From Candidatus Kuenenia stuttgartensis (GTDB lineage Bacteria > Planctomycetota > UBA11346): a stretch of 64,000 nucleotides of DNA. This document shows, one piece after another, positions 27,702-37,273 of this stretch; position 1 is the first letter of the stretch, and each line of letters begins with the position of its first letter. The DNA lies in the NCBI GenBank assembly GCA_945872305.1, contig CAMCAC010000001.1, positions 2,970-66,969 of the forward strand, in the 5' to 3' direction. The notes under the pieces were generated by a model. That model made no database searches, was not told the origin of the DNA, and was given only the letters and a program-made list of their open reading frames with translations. The translations under genes were made by a program, and so were the position numbers.

Positions 27702-29417
27702 ATGAACCGTCCCATGCCCCATATCCCCACCACCCGCACCCTGCTCTCCACCACCCTGCTTGCCGCGGCCCTGCTCGCCGGCGGCTGCGCATCCGACGGC
27801 GATGATGGCGCCGCGGGTCCCACCGGACCCACTGGCCCAGGTGGTCAGGACGGCGACGGCTCCATCCACCTCCGTTCCGTCGGCACCTATGCCGGCGGCG
27901 GTTCATCCAACGAAATCGTCGCCTACGATCCCATCAGCAAGCGGATGTTCGTGGTCAACGCCACGGACGGGTTGCTGGAGATCGTCAGCCTGGCCAGCGC
28001 CACCGCCCCGGTGAAGGTCGGCCAGGTCGACATCACCGCCGCGCCGATCAACGGCGGCGGCATCAATTCCGTGGCGGTCCACGGCGGGCTGGTGGCGATC
28101 GCCATCGAGGCCCCGGACAAGACCGCCTCGGGCACGGTCGCCTTCCTCTCCGCCAGCGGCACCGGTGCGATCCTCGCCCAGGCGGTGGTCGGCGCCCTGC
28201 CGGACATGCTGACCTTCACCCCGGATGGCACCAAGGTCCTGGTCGCCAACGAGGGTGAGCCCGAGGATTATGCGGTCATCGATCCCGAGGGTTCCGTGTC
28301 GATCATCGCCATGCCCGCCACGGTCACCGCCGGCACCAGCTTCGCCAGCCGGGTGACCCAGGTCGGCTTCGCCGGGTTCAACGCCAGCGCCGCCGCCCTG
28401 CGCACCGCCGGGGTGCGCATCTACGGTGGCCTGGATGCCAATGATGACGGTGACACCACCGATCCGGGCGACACCCCGAGCACCGTGGCCCAGGACCTGG
28501 AGCCCGAGTACATCGCCGTCAGCGCCGATTCAGGGACCGCGTTCGTGACCCTGCAGGAGAACAACGCCATCGCCGAGATCGACATCGCCACCGGGACGGT
28601 GGTCGCGATCCGGCCGCTCGGGTACAAGAGCCATGACCTGATCGGCAACGAGATCGATCCCAGCGACCGGGATGTGAACGGCACCTCCGGCGGCGGCGGC
28701 GTGGCCCGGCTGCGCACGGTGCCGGTGTGGGGCATGTATCAGCCGGATGCCATCGCCGCATTCACGGTCGCCGGCAGCACCTACCTGGTGACCGGCAACG
28801 AGGGTGACGCCCGGGCGGACTGGGCCGGCTTCTCCGAGGAGTCCCGTCTCGGCGGCGCCACCTTGGATGCGGCCAATCCCGTCTCGCTGCGGGGCCTGAC
28901 CGGCAATGCCGATCTCGGCCGTCTGAACATCACCACCGCCAGCGGCGACACCGACGGCGACGGCGACCTCGACCGCTGCTACGCCTATGGTGCGCGCTCG
29001 TTCTCGATCTGGTCTGAGAGCGGATCCCTGGTCTTCGATTCGGGCAACGACTTTGAGCGCATCACGGCCAACCGCCTGGGCACCGGCTACAACAATGACG
29101 GCGGCGGCTTCGATTCCCGCAGCGACAACAAGGGCCCCGAGCCCGAGGGTGTCACCACCGGCACCATCGAGGGCCGCACCTACGCCTTCATCGGCCTGGA
29201 GCGCACCGGCGGCGTGATGGTGTACGATGTCACCGTCCCCGATGCGGCGGAGTTCGTGCAGTATGTCCGCACCTCGGGCGACGTGTCGCCCGAGGGCCTC
29301 GCCTTCATCCCGGCGGCCAGCAGCCCGAACGGCAAGGCCCTGCTCCTGGTCGCGCACGAGATCAGCGGCACCACCGTGATCTACGAGATCGATCCGACCC
29401 CGACCGGCAGCAACTGA
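27702..29417 (+). CDS. Secreted lipoprotein, beta-propeller of the 'choice-of-anchor I' / phytase-like esterase family (probable phosphoesterase)
   Basis: Lipobox LLAGGC, then a collagen-like GPTGPTGPGG linker. Repeated blades contain NEGEPEDYA…, GPEPEGVTTGT…GLERTGGVMVYDV, and SPEGLAFIP, as seen in phytase-like / choice-of-anchor-I proteins. Family call from memory; moderate confidence. Confidence 0.55.
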   Translation: MNRPMPHIPTTRTLLSTTLLAAALLAGGCASDGDDGAAGPTGPTGPGGQDGDGSIHLRSVGTYAGGGSSNEIVAYDPISKRMFVVNATDGLLEIVSLASATAPVKVGQVDITAAPINGGGINSVAVHGGLVAIAIEAPDKTASGTVAFLSASGTGAILAQAVVGALPDMLTFTPDGTKVLVANEGEPEDYAVIDPEGSVSIIAMPATVTAGTSFASRVTQVGFAGFNASAAALRTAGVRIYGGLDANDDGDTTDPGDTPSTVAQDLEPEYIAVSADSGTAFVTLQENNAIAEIDIATGTVVAIRPLGYKSHDLIGNEIDPSDRDVNGTSGGGGVARLRTVPVWGMYQPDAIAAFTVAGSTYLVTGNEGDARADWAGFSEESRLGGATLDAANPVSLRGLTGNADLGRLNITTASGDTDGDGDLDRCYAYGARSFSIWSESGSLVFDSGNDFERITANRLGTGYNNDGGGFDSRSDNKGPEPEGVTTGTIEGRTYAFIGLERTGGVMVYDVTVPDAAEFVQYVRTSGDVSPEGLAFIPAASSPNGKALLLVAHEISGTTVIYEIDPTPTGSN

Positions 29418-29461
29418 CGAACCGCCACCGTGACCCGCTGCCACCAGGGCGGCGGGTCCGG

Positions 29462-30676
29462 TCAGGCCGTGAGCAGCCCAGGTGGCGGGATCTCCGCCGC
29501 CTGGGCTGCGTCGTTGTCGCGGCCGGCCCTGGTCCGTGGACCGGCCGCCAGCGGGAGCACCACGCGGAAACAGGAGCCTTGCCCGGGGACGCTGTCCACC
29601 TCCATCCGCCCGCCCATGGCATCGACCAGGCGGCGGGAGATCGCCAAGCCCAGGCCACTGCCCTCATGGCGGCGTGAGGATGTTGCATCGACCTGGACGA
29701 ACGGTGTGAACAGCCGGGCGAGGTCTTGCGCGGCGATGCCGCAGCCGGTGTCCGTGACCTCCAGAGTGAGCAATCGGTCGGGCATCAGTGCGGCATGCAA
29801 CCGGATCCCGCCCTGGTCGGTGAACTTGCAGGCGTTGCCCAGGATGTTCACCAGCACCTGGGTCAGCCGGCGGGGATCGCCCATGATCACGGGGGGCAGA
29901 TCCGGTTCGATCGTCAGGTCGAGGGCAAGCCGCTTGTCCCGGGCCAGCGGCGAGATCATTCCTACCGCATCGGTGAGCAGGGGGCGCAGGTCGATGGGGT
30001 GCCGCTCCATCCGCATGGATCCCGATTCGAGGGTCGAGATGTCGAGCACCGCATTGACCAGGGACAGCAGGTGCGAACCGGCCCGGTGGATCTGGGCGGC
30101 GCTGTCGTGAACCTCGTGCAGATCATCGGTGCCGGCGAGCAGTTCCGAGAAGCCGAGGATGGCGGTGAGCGGCGTACGCAGCTCATGGTGCATGGTGGCG
30201 ATGAACTGGCTGCGTGCACGCACGCCGGCCAGGGCGAGGTCCCGGGCAGCGATGAGATCCCGTTCCCGGCGGGCGGCCTGGGCGAGGAATGCTTCGACCA
30301 GCAGGGGGTAGGTCAGGACGAGCGGTTCGCCGGGATCGTCGTTCACCAGCCCCCCTGCCTGCGCCGCATCACGGTCCCGCCACATCGGCAGCACCTCCGC
30401 GAGGGGCGTTGCTGCCGGGATCCGTACCGCCGGGGCGAGCCGCATCGCATCGATCCACTGGCCCAGGGGCCGGTCCTGGAGCAGGGCGAAGCCGTAGCGT
30501 CCGGCGAAGGCCGACAGCAACTGGTGGCGGAAGAGCAGGTGGGTGCAGTGTCCGTTGCGGGCGACGGGGACCGCCTCGGGTCCGCCACCGCCCAGGAACC
30601 GTTCACGGAGGACGCCGCAGGGGAGGCGGTCATCCACCGCTCGGCATCGACGGGCGGCGTCACCGGCGCTGTCCAT
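29462..30676 (-). CDS. Sensor histidine kinase (HisKA + HATPase_c) with an N-terminal sensory region; no cognate response regulator adjacent
   Basis: H-box ATMHHELRTPLTAILGFSELL, N-box LVNILGNACKFT, G-boxes DTGCGIA / GSGLGLAI. Start set at internal ATG 30676, because the GTG at 30757 lies inside the btaA PHO box. Confidence 0.7.
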   Translation of the reverse strand: MDSAGDAARRCRAVDDRLPCGVLRERFLGGGGPEAVPVARNGHCTHLLFRHQLLSAFAGRYGFALLQDRPLGQWIDAMRLAPAVRIPAATPLAEVLPMWRDRDAAQAGGLVNDDPGEPLVLTYPLLVEAFLAQAARRERDLIAARDLALAGVRARSQFIATMHHELRTPLTAILGFSELLAGTDDLHEVHDSAAQIHRAGSHLLSLVNAVLDISTLESGSMRMERHPIDLRPLLTDAVGMISPLARDKRLALDLTIEPDLPPVIMGDPRRLTQVLVNILGNACKFTDQGGIRLHAALMPDRLLTLEVTDTGCGIAAQDLARLFTPFVQVDATSSRRHEGSGLGLAISRRLVDAMGGRMEVDSVPGQGSCFRVVLPLAAGPRTRAGRDNDAAQAAEIPPPGLLTA

Positions 30677-30749
30677 GCCGAGGAGGATGCACGGGACTGT
30701 GAAGACATGATGAATTTGGCAGGGGCCCTGGACAACCCGGGCCAATCGG

Positions 30750-30779
30750 GCGTTCACGCCGTCTTCCCGATGTCTTCAC
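30750..30779 (+). promoter_or_regulatory. PHO box upstream of btaA: GCGTTCAC gcc GTCTTCCC gat GTCTTCAC
   Basis: Three 8-mers at 11-bp spacing, 25 bp upstream of the first ATG of btaA. Confidence 0.45.
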
Positions 30780-30803
30780 GGAGATGCCCTACCTGATGCC
30801 TCC

Positions 30804-32045
30804 ATGATCACATCCGCAGCCGAGGCCATCGCCATCAGCCCCATGCCGGCCCGGCCGCGTTCCGGCCCACCGGTGCGCGAACGTCTGCATCAGCGGTTGT
30901 TCACCGCCCTGCACAGCCGCAGCCTGCTCTACAATGCCTGTTGGGAGGATCCCGCCCTGGATCGGGTGGCCCTCGATCTGCAGCCCGGGCAGTCGGTGGC
31001 GGTGATCACCAGCGCCGGCTGCAACGCCCTCGATTACGCCCTGTGCGGGGCCACGGTCCATGCGGTGGACATGAACCCGCGGCAGAACGCCCTGCTCGAC
31101 CTCAAGCTGGCGGCGATCCGCCGGCTGCCCCACGACGACGGATTCCGCCTGTTCGGCGAGGGCTGGCACCCGGCGTTCCGGGACGTCTATCACGACGCCC
31201 TGCGCCCGGACCTCTCACCCTGGGCCCAGGGCTGGTGGGATCGCCACATCGGCATGTTCAGCGGCCGGGGCCTGCGCCAGTCGTTCTACGATCACGGCCT
31301 GAGCGGGCTGGTGGCCCGGGGCATGCGCGCCTGGATCGGAGCCGATCGCGGGCGGCGGCGGGCCATCGAGGCCCTGCTCGATGCCCCCGACCTGCATGAG
31401 CAGCGGGCGGTGTGGGAGACCCGGGTCGAGCCGGCGCTGTGGTCCGGATTCCTGCCCTGGCTGGTCCGCCGCCAGGCGACCATGAGCCTGCTCGGGGTGC
31501 CCACCGCCCAGACCGCCGAGGTCGAGCGCGCCCACCCCGATGGCGTGGCCGGCTTCATCCTGAGCAGCCTGCGGCGGGTGTTCACCACCCTGCCCATCGC
31601 CAGCAACTACTTCTGGACCGTGTACCTGCGCGGCCGCTACACCCGCGCGAACTGCCCGGAATATCTGCGCCGGGAGGGATGGAACACGCTCAAGCGGACC
31701 CTGGGCAACCGGGTGCGCACCCACACCGGGACCATGACCGGGTTCCTTGCCGGTCATCCGGAGGCGATCGACCGCTTCGTGCTCCTGGATCACCAGGACT
31801 GGCTCGGGGCGCATCATCCCGAGGCCCTGGATGAGGAGTGGACCCACATCCTGCGTCGGGCCGCGCCGGGGGCGCGGATGATCTGGCGCAGCGCCCATCC
31901 CCAGCCGTCCTGGCAGTCGGCGATCCGGGTCGATGGCCGGCCCCTGGCCGAGCACCTGCACTTCCACACCGACTTGGCGGAGACCCTTCATCCCAAGGAC
32001 CGGGTCGGGACCTACGGCGGCTTCCACATCGCCGCGGTGCGCTGA
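30804..32045 (+). CDS. btaA: BtaA-like S-adenosylmethionine:diacylglycerol 3-amino-3-carboxypropyltransferase (DUF3419 family), betaine-lipid DGTS synthesis
   Basis: …RLHQRLFTALHSRSLLYNACWEDPALDRVALDLQPGQSVAVITSAGCNALDYAL… is the conserved BtaA/DUF3419 N-terminal block. It is followed by a methyltransferase gene, as in btaAB operons. Start may be 30804 or the ATG at 30843. Confidence 0.7.
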   Translation: MITSAAEAIAISPMPARPRSGPPVRERLHQRLFTALHSRSLLYNACWEDPALDRVALDLQPGQSVAVITSAGCNALDYALCGATVHAVDMNPRQNALLDLKLAAIRRLPHDDGFRLFGEGWHPAFRDVYHDALRPDLSPWAQGWWDRHIGMFSGRGLRQSFYDHGLSGLVARGMRAWIGADRGRRRAIEALLDAPDLHEQRAVWETRVEPALWSGFLPWLVRRQATMSLLGVPTAQTAEVERAHPDGVAGFILSSLRRVFTTLPIASNYFWTVYLRGRYTRANCPEYLRREGWNTLKRTLGNRVRTHTGTMTGFLAGHPEAIDRFVLLDHQDWLGAHHPEALDEEWTHILRRAAPGARMIWRSAHPQPSWQSAIRVDGRPLAEHLHFHTDLAETLHPKDRVGTYGGFHIAAVR

Positions 32046-32046
32046 C

Positions 32047-32775
32047 ATGGATGCGGCCACCGCCTGGCGCATGGTCCGCGGCATGCCGCGGCAGGGCACC
32101 CACCAGGAGAAACTGTCCGGATTCTACGCGGCCCAGGCGGACCGCTACGACACGGTGCGGGAAGGGCTTCTGCATGGCCGGGACGGGATGGTCGCTGCAC
32201 TCGCCGCCCGTCTCGCGGACGGGGCGGCGGTGGCGGAGATCGGCTGCGGTACCGGCCGCAACCTCGAATGCCTGGGGCCGCACCTGGACCGGCTTGGCCC
32301 GGTGTGGGCGGTGGACCTCTGCCCGCCCCTGCTCGCCAAATGCCGGGAGCGCATCGCCGCGCGCGGCTGGGAGCGGGTCGAGGCGGTGGAGGCGGACGCC
32401 ACGGTGTGGGTGCCGCCACGCCCCCTCGATGCGGTGTTCTTCAGCTATTCGCTGACCATGATCCCGCCCTGGCGGGCGGCCCTGGATCGGGCGCTGGCGA
32501 ACCTGCGCCCCGGCGGCGTCATCGGCGTGGTGGATTTCTGGGTGTCCGGCAGCGACGGCGGGGATCCGGAACGGCATGGCGCCTGGACCCGCTGGTTCTG
32601 GCCGCGCTGGTTCCGCCATGATGGCGTGCACCTCGGCCCGGACCGTCTGCGCGCCCTGCGCGCCGCCGGCGCCGTCGAGGACCTGCGGACCGACCGCGGC
32701 CGCATCCCGGGCATCGGGTTGTCGGTGCCATGGTTCAGCCTGGTCGCCCGGGTGGGATCGCCCAGCGCTGGATGA
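32047..32775 (+). CDS. btaB: BtaB-like SAM-dependent methyltransferase (DGTS pathway)
   Basis: Class I MTase motif VAEIGCGTGRNL plus later conserved blocks. The ATG is 1 nt after the btaA stop. Confidence 0.65.
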   Translation: MDAATAWRMVRGMPRQGTHQEKLSGFYAAQADRYDTVREGLLHGRDGMVAALAARLADGAAVAEIGCGTGRNLECLGPHLDRLGPVWAVDLCPPLLAKCRERIAARGWERVEAVEADATVWVPPRPLDAVFFSYSLTMIPPWRAALDRALANLRPGGVIGVVDFWVSGSDGGDPERHGAWTRWFWPRWFRHDGVHLGPDRLRALRAAGAVEDLRTDRGRIPGIGLSVPWFSLVARVGSPSAG

Positions 32776-33051
32776 TCCGTGACGATGGGTGGAGTCCCAT
32801 CAATCCGTGCCCAGTGACGACGCGTGAGCGAGTGCGGTGGCGGACCGGTGGCATGTCCTGGTACCGTCCGAGTCCTGGTTGGCGGGAAGTGGAATCCGGC
32901 GCCGCAGGCCGGTCCCGCCGCGACGGCAGGACCGGCAGTCCTGTCATTGCCGTGATGTCCGACGGCGGCCCGTCGCCCGTGTGGTGAGGCGGGTCCCGCC
33001 CCGGGGTGGGATACCCCTGGATGGCTCCGGGTCCGGGTGCATGCTCGGTCC

Positions 33052-35307
33052 ATGCGCGTCCATGCCCTGCTCCTGCTCGCTCCGGTCCTGACGGGGGCGG
33101 ATCTGCCGATCCGGGTGCTGGACATCGGTCCGGATGGCGCGGTCGCGGAGCGTGCCGGCGCACTGCCCGCCGACGACGCCACGGTGTCGGTGCCCGAGGC
33201 GGGGATCCGCTCGGTGACCCTGGCGGAGCAGGCGGCGGCGGACTGGCGCTGGCGTCCGGCGGGTCGGGTCCCGGCGGACCCGGCGGCCCTGGCCCGCCAT
33301 GATGCGGCCCTGCGCGCGCGTCAGGAGGCGCTGACGGCCCTGGAGCACGCCGCCCTGCACGATGGCTGGTTGCGCGGGCTCCTGGCCCAGCCCGCAACCG
33401 CGGCGGCGGAGCCGGAGCGCGATGCCGCCCGGCTGGCCCTGGTCCGCGACCGGCTCGCGCTCGTCGAGTCCGGGCGGCGGGCCGCCCAGGCGGCGGTGGC
33501 CGCCGCGGACCGGGTGCTCGCCGAGGGTCCGGTCGAGCGGGTCGTCCCTGCGGCGCTGGAGATCCCCGGCGGCGCCGGCCGGGCGGTGCGGGTGGTCAGC
33601 GATCTGCCCGGGCTGGCCTGGACCCCGTCCTACCGGATCGAGGTGGACGGGCATGGGGCCGCGCAGCTGGTGCGGTTGGCCCAGGTGCGGTGGGATGGTG
33701 CGGCGCCCCTGGCCGTCGGCCGGCTCGTCTGCCGCAGCCGGGCCCCGGATCGCCGCCTGGTCCTGGCGCCGCCGTCCATCCCGACCATCGGGGTGGGCGA
33801 GTCCGTGGCCGGCTTCGCCACTCCGGCGCTGCTCCAGGGCTCGGAAAGCGCGGTGGACATGAGCATCCGCCGGCTGGTGCGCAGCCAGCGGCCCGAAGGT
33901 TCCTGGGGGGATCGCAGCGCCGACCGTCCGCAGTCCACGGCATTGGTGCTCCAGGCGTTCCTTGGCGCCGGCTACGACCACCGGGTGGCGAACCCGTACC
34001 GCACGACGATCACCAAGGGATTGGCCTGGCTCGGCCGCATCCGGCCGGGCAGCCAGGACCTCGGCACCGCCGCCCTGGTCGCCGGGACCCTGGCCGATGC
34101 CCTCGCGATGACCGATGATGCGGATCTCCGCCCCCTGGTCCGGTCCTGGGCCGCGGATCTTGCCCGGCGGGTCGACCGGGGCGCCGTGGATGCGGCCCTG
34201 GCGGCGGGGGATGTGGTGGCGGTGGCGGATCTCGTGCTGGCGGCAAAGACCATCGCCGCCGCGGATCCGGAGGCGGGCCTGGATCCGGCGCGATTCGCCG
34301 GCCTGCCGCGGCGCCTCGCGGCGGCGGGCGGCGAGGCCGGTCCGGTGGCGGCGGCCAGCGTGGCGGCGGTCCTCGGGGAGGACGGTCCGCTGCCACCCTG
34401 GTGGGAACGGGCCCCCGCCTGGATCGAGGCGGGCCGGATGGATCTCGTCCACCATGCGGGCCTGGCGTTCTTCGCCCGGGGCGGATCCGGCTGGTCGGCC
34501 TGGAACGGGAAGGTCCGCGATCTGCTCGTGGGCTGGCCCGGGGACACCTTCCCCACCGGCGGCCGCGACCACGAGGCGGTGCTCGCCCGCTCCCGCCTGG
34601 TCCTCGAAACCTACTACCGCTACGATCAGGTGCGCGGGAAGAAGGATGGGCGGGCGGACGAAGGGACCGCCCGCGTCGCCGTGACCGAGCTCCCGATCGA
34701 CCGGCTGGCCCAGGGCTGGCCGGTCCGTTGGGAGACGGGCGCGGTGACCCTGGTCCCGGGCATGCAGGCCGTGGAGATCGATCGCACGCCGCTGGCGGCG
34801 ACGCTGGCGTGGCGGGCGGTGCCGCTGGCGGATCCCATCGCCTGGCGGCGCCTGTCGCTCGCCAATCCTTTCCCCGAGGCATTGCCTGAAGGTCCCCTCG
34901 TGCGGATCGTCGATGGCCGTTCCCTGGCTCCGGGCCGGCTGCCGTGGATCGGTCCAGGTGACGGGGCCATCCTTGATCTGGGCCGGGACGAGACGGTGCG
35001 GGTGGAGCGGACCGCGGTGGAGACGAGCGATGATGGCTGGACCCGCCGCACCCTGACCGTGGCCCTGGCGTTCTCGGTGCACGCCCCCGCCGGGCGCCAG
35101 GTCGAGGTGGTGGAGCCGATGCCGGTCCCCACCGACGACCGCATCCGCTACGAGATCACCGATCCGCCCCTGGGCAGGGCCCAGCCCGAGCGGTTGCGGA
35201 CGGATCCCTTCTGGCGCTGGACCCTGGCCGACGGCGGGTCGGCGACCGCCGGCTATCGTCTGGTCTACCCGCCCGATCTCCGTCCCCAGCTGGAGGAACG
35301 GCCATGA
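33052..35307 (+). CDS. Secreted DUF4139-like protein (paralog A) with an inserted alpha-alpha-toroid (terpene-cyclase/A2M-like) repeat segment
   Basis: Signal peptide MRVHALLLLAPVLTGA. …LAWTPSYRIEVDG… and the C-terminal …WRWTLADGGSATAGYRLVYPPD are reminiscent of DUF4139. The central RLVRSQRPEGSWGDRSADRPQSTALVLQAFLGAGYDH resembles QxxxGxW prenyltransferase/squalene-cyclase repeats. Family assignment is tentative. Confidence 0.45.
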   Translation: MRVHALLLLAPVLTGADLPIRVLDIGPDGAVAERAGALPADDATVSVPEAGIRSVTLAEQAAADWRWRPAGRVPADPAALARHDAALRARQEALTALEHAALHDGWLRGLLAQPATAAAEPERDAARLALVRDRLALVESGRRAAQAAVAAADRVLAEGPVERVVPAALEIPGGAGRAVRVVSDLPGLAWTPSYRIEVDGHGAAQLVRLAQVRWDGAAPLAVGRLVCRSRAPDRRLVLAPPSIPTIGVGESVAGFATPALLQGSESAVDMSIRRLVRSQRPEGSWGDRSADRPQSTALVLQAFLGAGYDHRVANPYRTTITKGLAWLGRIRPGSQDLGTAALVAGTLADALAMTDDADLRPLVRSWAADLARRVDRGAVDAALAAGDVVAVADLVLAAKTIAAADPEAGLDPARFAGLPRRLAAAGGEAGPVAAASVAAVLGEDGPLPPWWERAPAWIEAGRMDLVHHAGLAFFARGGSGWSAWNGKVRDLLVGWPGDTFPTGGRDHEAVLARSRLVLETYYRYDQVRGKKDGRADEGTARVAVTELPIDRLAQGWPVRWETGAVTLVPGMQAVEIDRTPLAATLAWRAVPLADPIAWRRLSLANPFPEALPEGPLVRIVDGRSLAPGRLPWIGPGDGAILDLGRDETVRVERTAVETSDDGWTRRTLTVALAFSVHAPAGRQVEVVEPMPVPTDDRIRYEITDPPLGRAQPERLRTDPFWRWTLADGGSATAGYRLVYPPDLRPQLEERP

Positions 35308-36929
35308 GCCGCCCCACCGTCCGTCGTCTGCTCGTCGCGCTCGCGGCCGGTACCGCCGCCGCAGCGCTGGATGCGCTCCCGGCTCCGGCCGGGCTCACCG
35401 TCCATCCGGATGGCGCCACCGGGACCTGGCACCTGTCCGCGCCCGGGACCTGGCGCGTCGAGCCCGGCTGGGAGGGGGTCCTGGTCACCGGCGCCCGGCG
35501 GTGGCACCAGGAGTCCCGCCCCCGCCGGGCGGAACCGCCGGCGGAGCTGGCGGAGCTGGTGGCGGAACGGGACGCGGTCTCCGCCGCCCTGCGCCGCCTG
35601 GCGGTGGACGAGGCCGCATGGGCCGCCCGGGACCGGCGCTTGCGCCGGTGGCTGGAGGCGGACCCCATCCCCGCCGGGGTTCCGGCGGTGCTCGATGCGG
35701 CCATGGCGGCCCGGGCGGCGGTCGACGCGGACCGGACGGCCATCGATCGGCGGATCGCGGCCCTGCGCGACCGGATCGATGCCCATGCGGTGACCGGGGA
35801 TCCCTTCGCCCTCGCCGCCCTGGCGGAGCCCGTGTCCCTGTCGGCCGAGGTCCTGGCCGCGGACTGGTCCCGGTTGGTCCGGCCCGGCGCGGACACCCTG
35901 CTGGTGGTCGATGGCGACGGGCCCGTGGTCGTCCATGCCCGCCATGGCGATGTGCGCTGGGAGGCGCGCTCGCGCATCGTGCTGGCGCCCGCCGGGGCCC
36001 GGTGCGAGCGGTGGTGGAGCCTGATCAAGCCGGCGGATCTCGGCCTGCCGGCGATCCCGGTGCGGGTGAGCACCGATCCGGCCCTGGCCCCAGGCGACGG
36101 AGGCGAGCCGCCGCACCTGCGCCTGTCCGGGCGGCAGGTGGCGGATCCGCGGGGCGTGAGCAGCGGATCGAGCGTGGGGTCCTGGGGCTTTTCGGCCCGC
36201 TCGGCGGAGCCCGCCGCTCCGTCGGCCGCCGTGGATGCCCTGACCGCCGGCAGCGTCATGGACATGGCGGCCGTGGAGGTCGCGGTTCCCGCCGCGGACC
36301 GGGAGCCCTCCCCCGTGGCGGGCCCGGAACTCGGCTGGGCGTGGCCGGTCGGTGTGATCGCGCTGCCCGCCGGCCAGGACCGGGTCGAGCTGCCGCCGGC
36401 CCAGGATCCGGTGGCGATCGTCACCGACGAACGGGCGCTCATCCCGGCCCATGGGCCGAGCCCGGTGCGCCGGATCCGGCTCCGCCTGGCCGCGCCGCTG
36501 CTGGCCGGCGATCTCGCCGTGGTCGAGGATGGCGCGGTCCTGGCCCAGGCCCGCCACCCGTTCGCCGCCCCCGGCCGGGAGCTCGATCTCGCAGTGGGGG
36601 CCGACGACCGCCTCCACCTCGGGCGCTCGCCGGCCTGGGCTGTCGATCCCGCGGAGCAGGGGCCCGGGCGGCAGCGTCAGGGGACCGACCATTGGATCTG
36701 GAACCGCAGCGGCGCCCCCATCCCGGTGGCAGTCTACCTGACCATGCCGGTGAGCCGGTCCCAGGAGGTGACGGTGAGCGTGGACGAGGCCACCACGCCG
36801 GGCTGGACCGTGGTCCAACCGGGTCTGCTCCGCTGGCAGCTGTCGATCCCGCCGGGCGCCCCCACCCGGGTGGGGCTGGGCTGGCGGCTGCGTGCCCGGG
36901 AAGGGCTGCAGTTGCCGCCGGTGCCCTGA
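35304..36929 (+). CDS. Secreted DUF4139-like protein (paralog B)
   Basis: ATGA overlap with paralog A. Signal-like MSRPTVRRLLVALAAGTAAAA. Shares architecture and blocks with A (…RWEARSRIVLAP…; C-terminal GWTVVQPGLLRWQLSIPPGAPTRVGLGWRL). Confidence 0.45.
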   Translation: MSRPTVRRLLVALAAGTAAAALDALPAPAGLTVHPDGATGTWHLSAPGTWRVEPGWEGVLVTGARRWHQESRPRRAEPPAELAELVAERDAVSAALRRLAVDEAAWAARDRRLRRWLEADPIPAGVPAVLDAAMAARAAVDADRTAIDRRIAALRDRIDAHAVTGDPFALAALAEPVSLSAEVLAADWSRLVRPGADTLLVVDGDGPVVVHARHGDVRWEARSRIVLAPAGARCERWWSLIKPADLGLPAIPVRVSTDPALAPGDGGEPPHLRLSGRQVADPRGVSSGSSVGSWGFSARSAEPAAPSAAVDALTAGSVMDMAAVEVAVPAADREPSPVAGPELGWAWPVGVIALPAGQDRVELPPAQDPVAIVTDERALIPAHGPSPVRRIRLRLAAPLLAGDLAVVEDGAVLAQARHPFAAPGRELDLAVGADDRLHLGRSPAWAVDPAEQGPGRQRQGTDHWIWNRSGAPIPVAVYLTMPVSRSQEVTVSVDEATTPGWTVVQPGLLRWQLSIPPGAPTRVGLGWRLRAREGLQLPPVP

Positions 36930-36976
36930 TGCCCGGTGATCCGTGGCCCCGGCGCTGACCGGGACAGGATGCGGAG

Positions 36977-37273
36977 ATGCCGCCCAGCCAGTCCATGGAA
37001 CCGCTGCCGGATGGTGGCCAGGCGATCCGTGTCGGCCTGGATGACGGCTCGCTGCGGCGCTTCCGCAACCGCTGCCCACACCTGGGCATCCCCCTCGACT
37101 GGGGTGACGGGCGCTGCCTGACCGACGACGGGTTGCTGATCTGCTCCATGCACGCGGCGTTGTTCGATCCGGAGAGCGGCGACTGCCTGGCCGGGCCGTG
37201 CGTCGGCAAGCGGCTGGAACGCCTGCCGGACCCGGTTGCCCCCGCGGGGGATGGGGCACAACACGGGGCATGA
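36977..37273 (+). CDS. Rieske [2Fe-2S] domain protein (small ferredoxin-like)
   Basis: CPHLG…(16 residues)…CSMHAALFD gives the two CxH boxes of a Rieske cluster. The stop overlaps the cmk start (ATGA). Confidence 0.6.
   Translation: MPPSQSMEPLPDGGQAIRVGLDDGSLRRFRNRCPHLGIPLDWGDGRCLTDDGLLICSMHAALFDPESGDCLAGPCVGKRLERLPDPVAPAGDGAQHGA

Noticed and set aside
30755-30757. GTG start for the histidine kinase as given by the ORF track (29462-30757)
   Set aside because: That start codon lies inside the btaA PHO box, and the N-terminal 27 residues have no homology. The internal ATG at 30676 (MDSAGD…) was preferred, though the true start remains uncertain.
32944-35082. 712-aa minus-strand ORF and many other long antisense ORFs (e.g. 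3272-4747, 15606-17042, 17546-19021, 20460-22037, 24723-26507, 40093-43410, 42435-44471 N-terminal part, 22060-23061)
   Set aside because: They are antisense or out-of-frame to genes with clear homology. Their translations are Arg/Gly/Pro/Ala low-complexity with no motifs. Stop codons are rare in high-GC DNA, so long spurious ORFs are expected.
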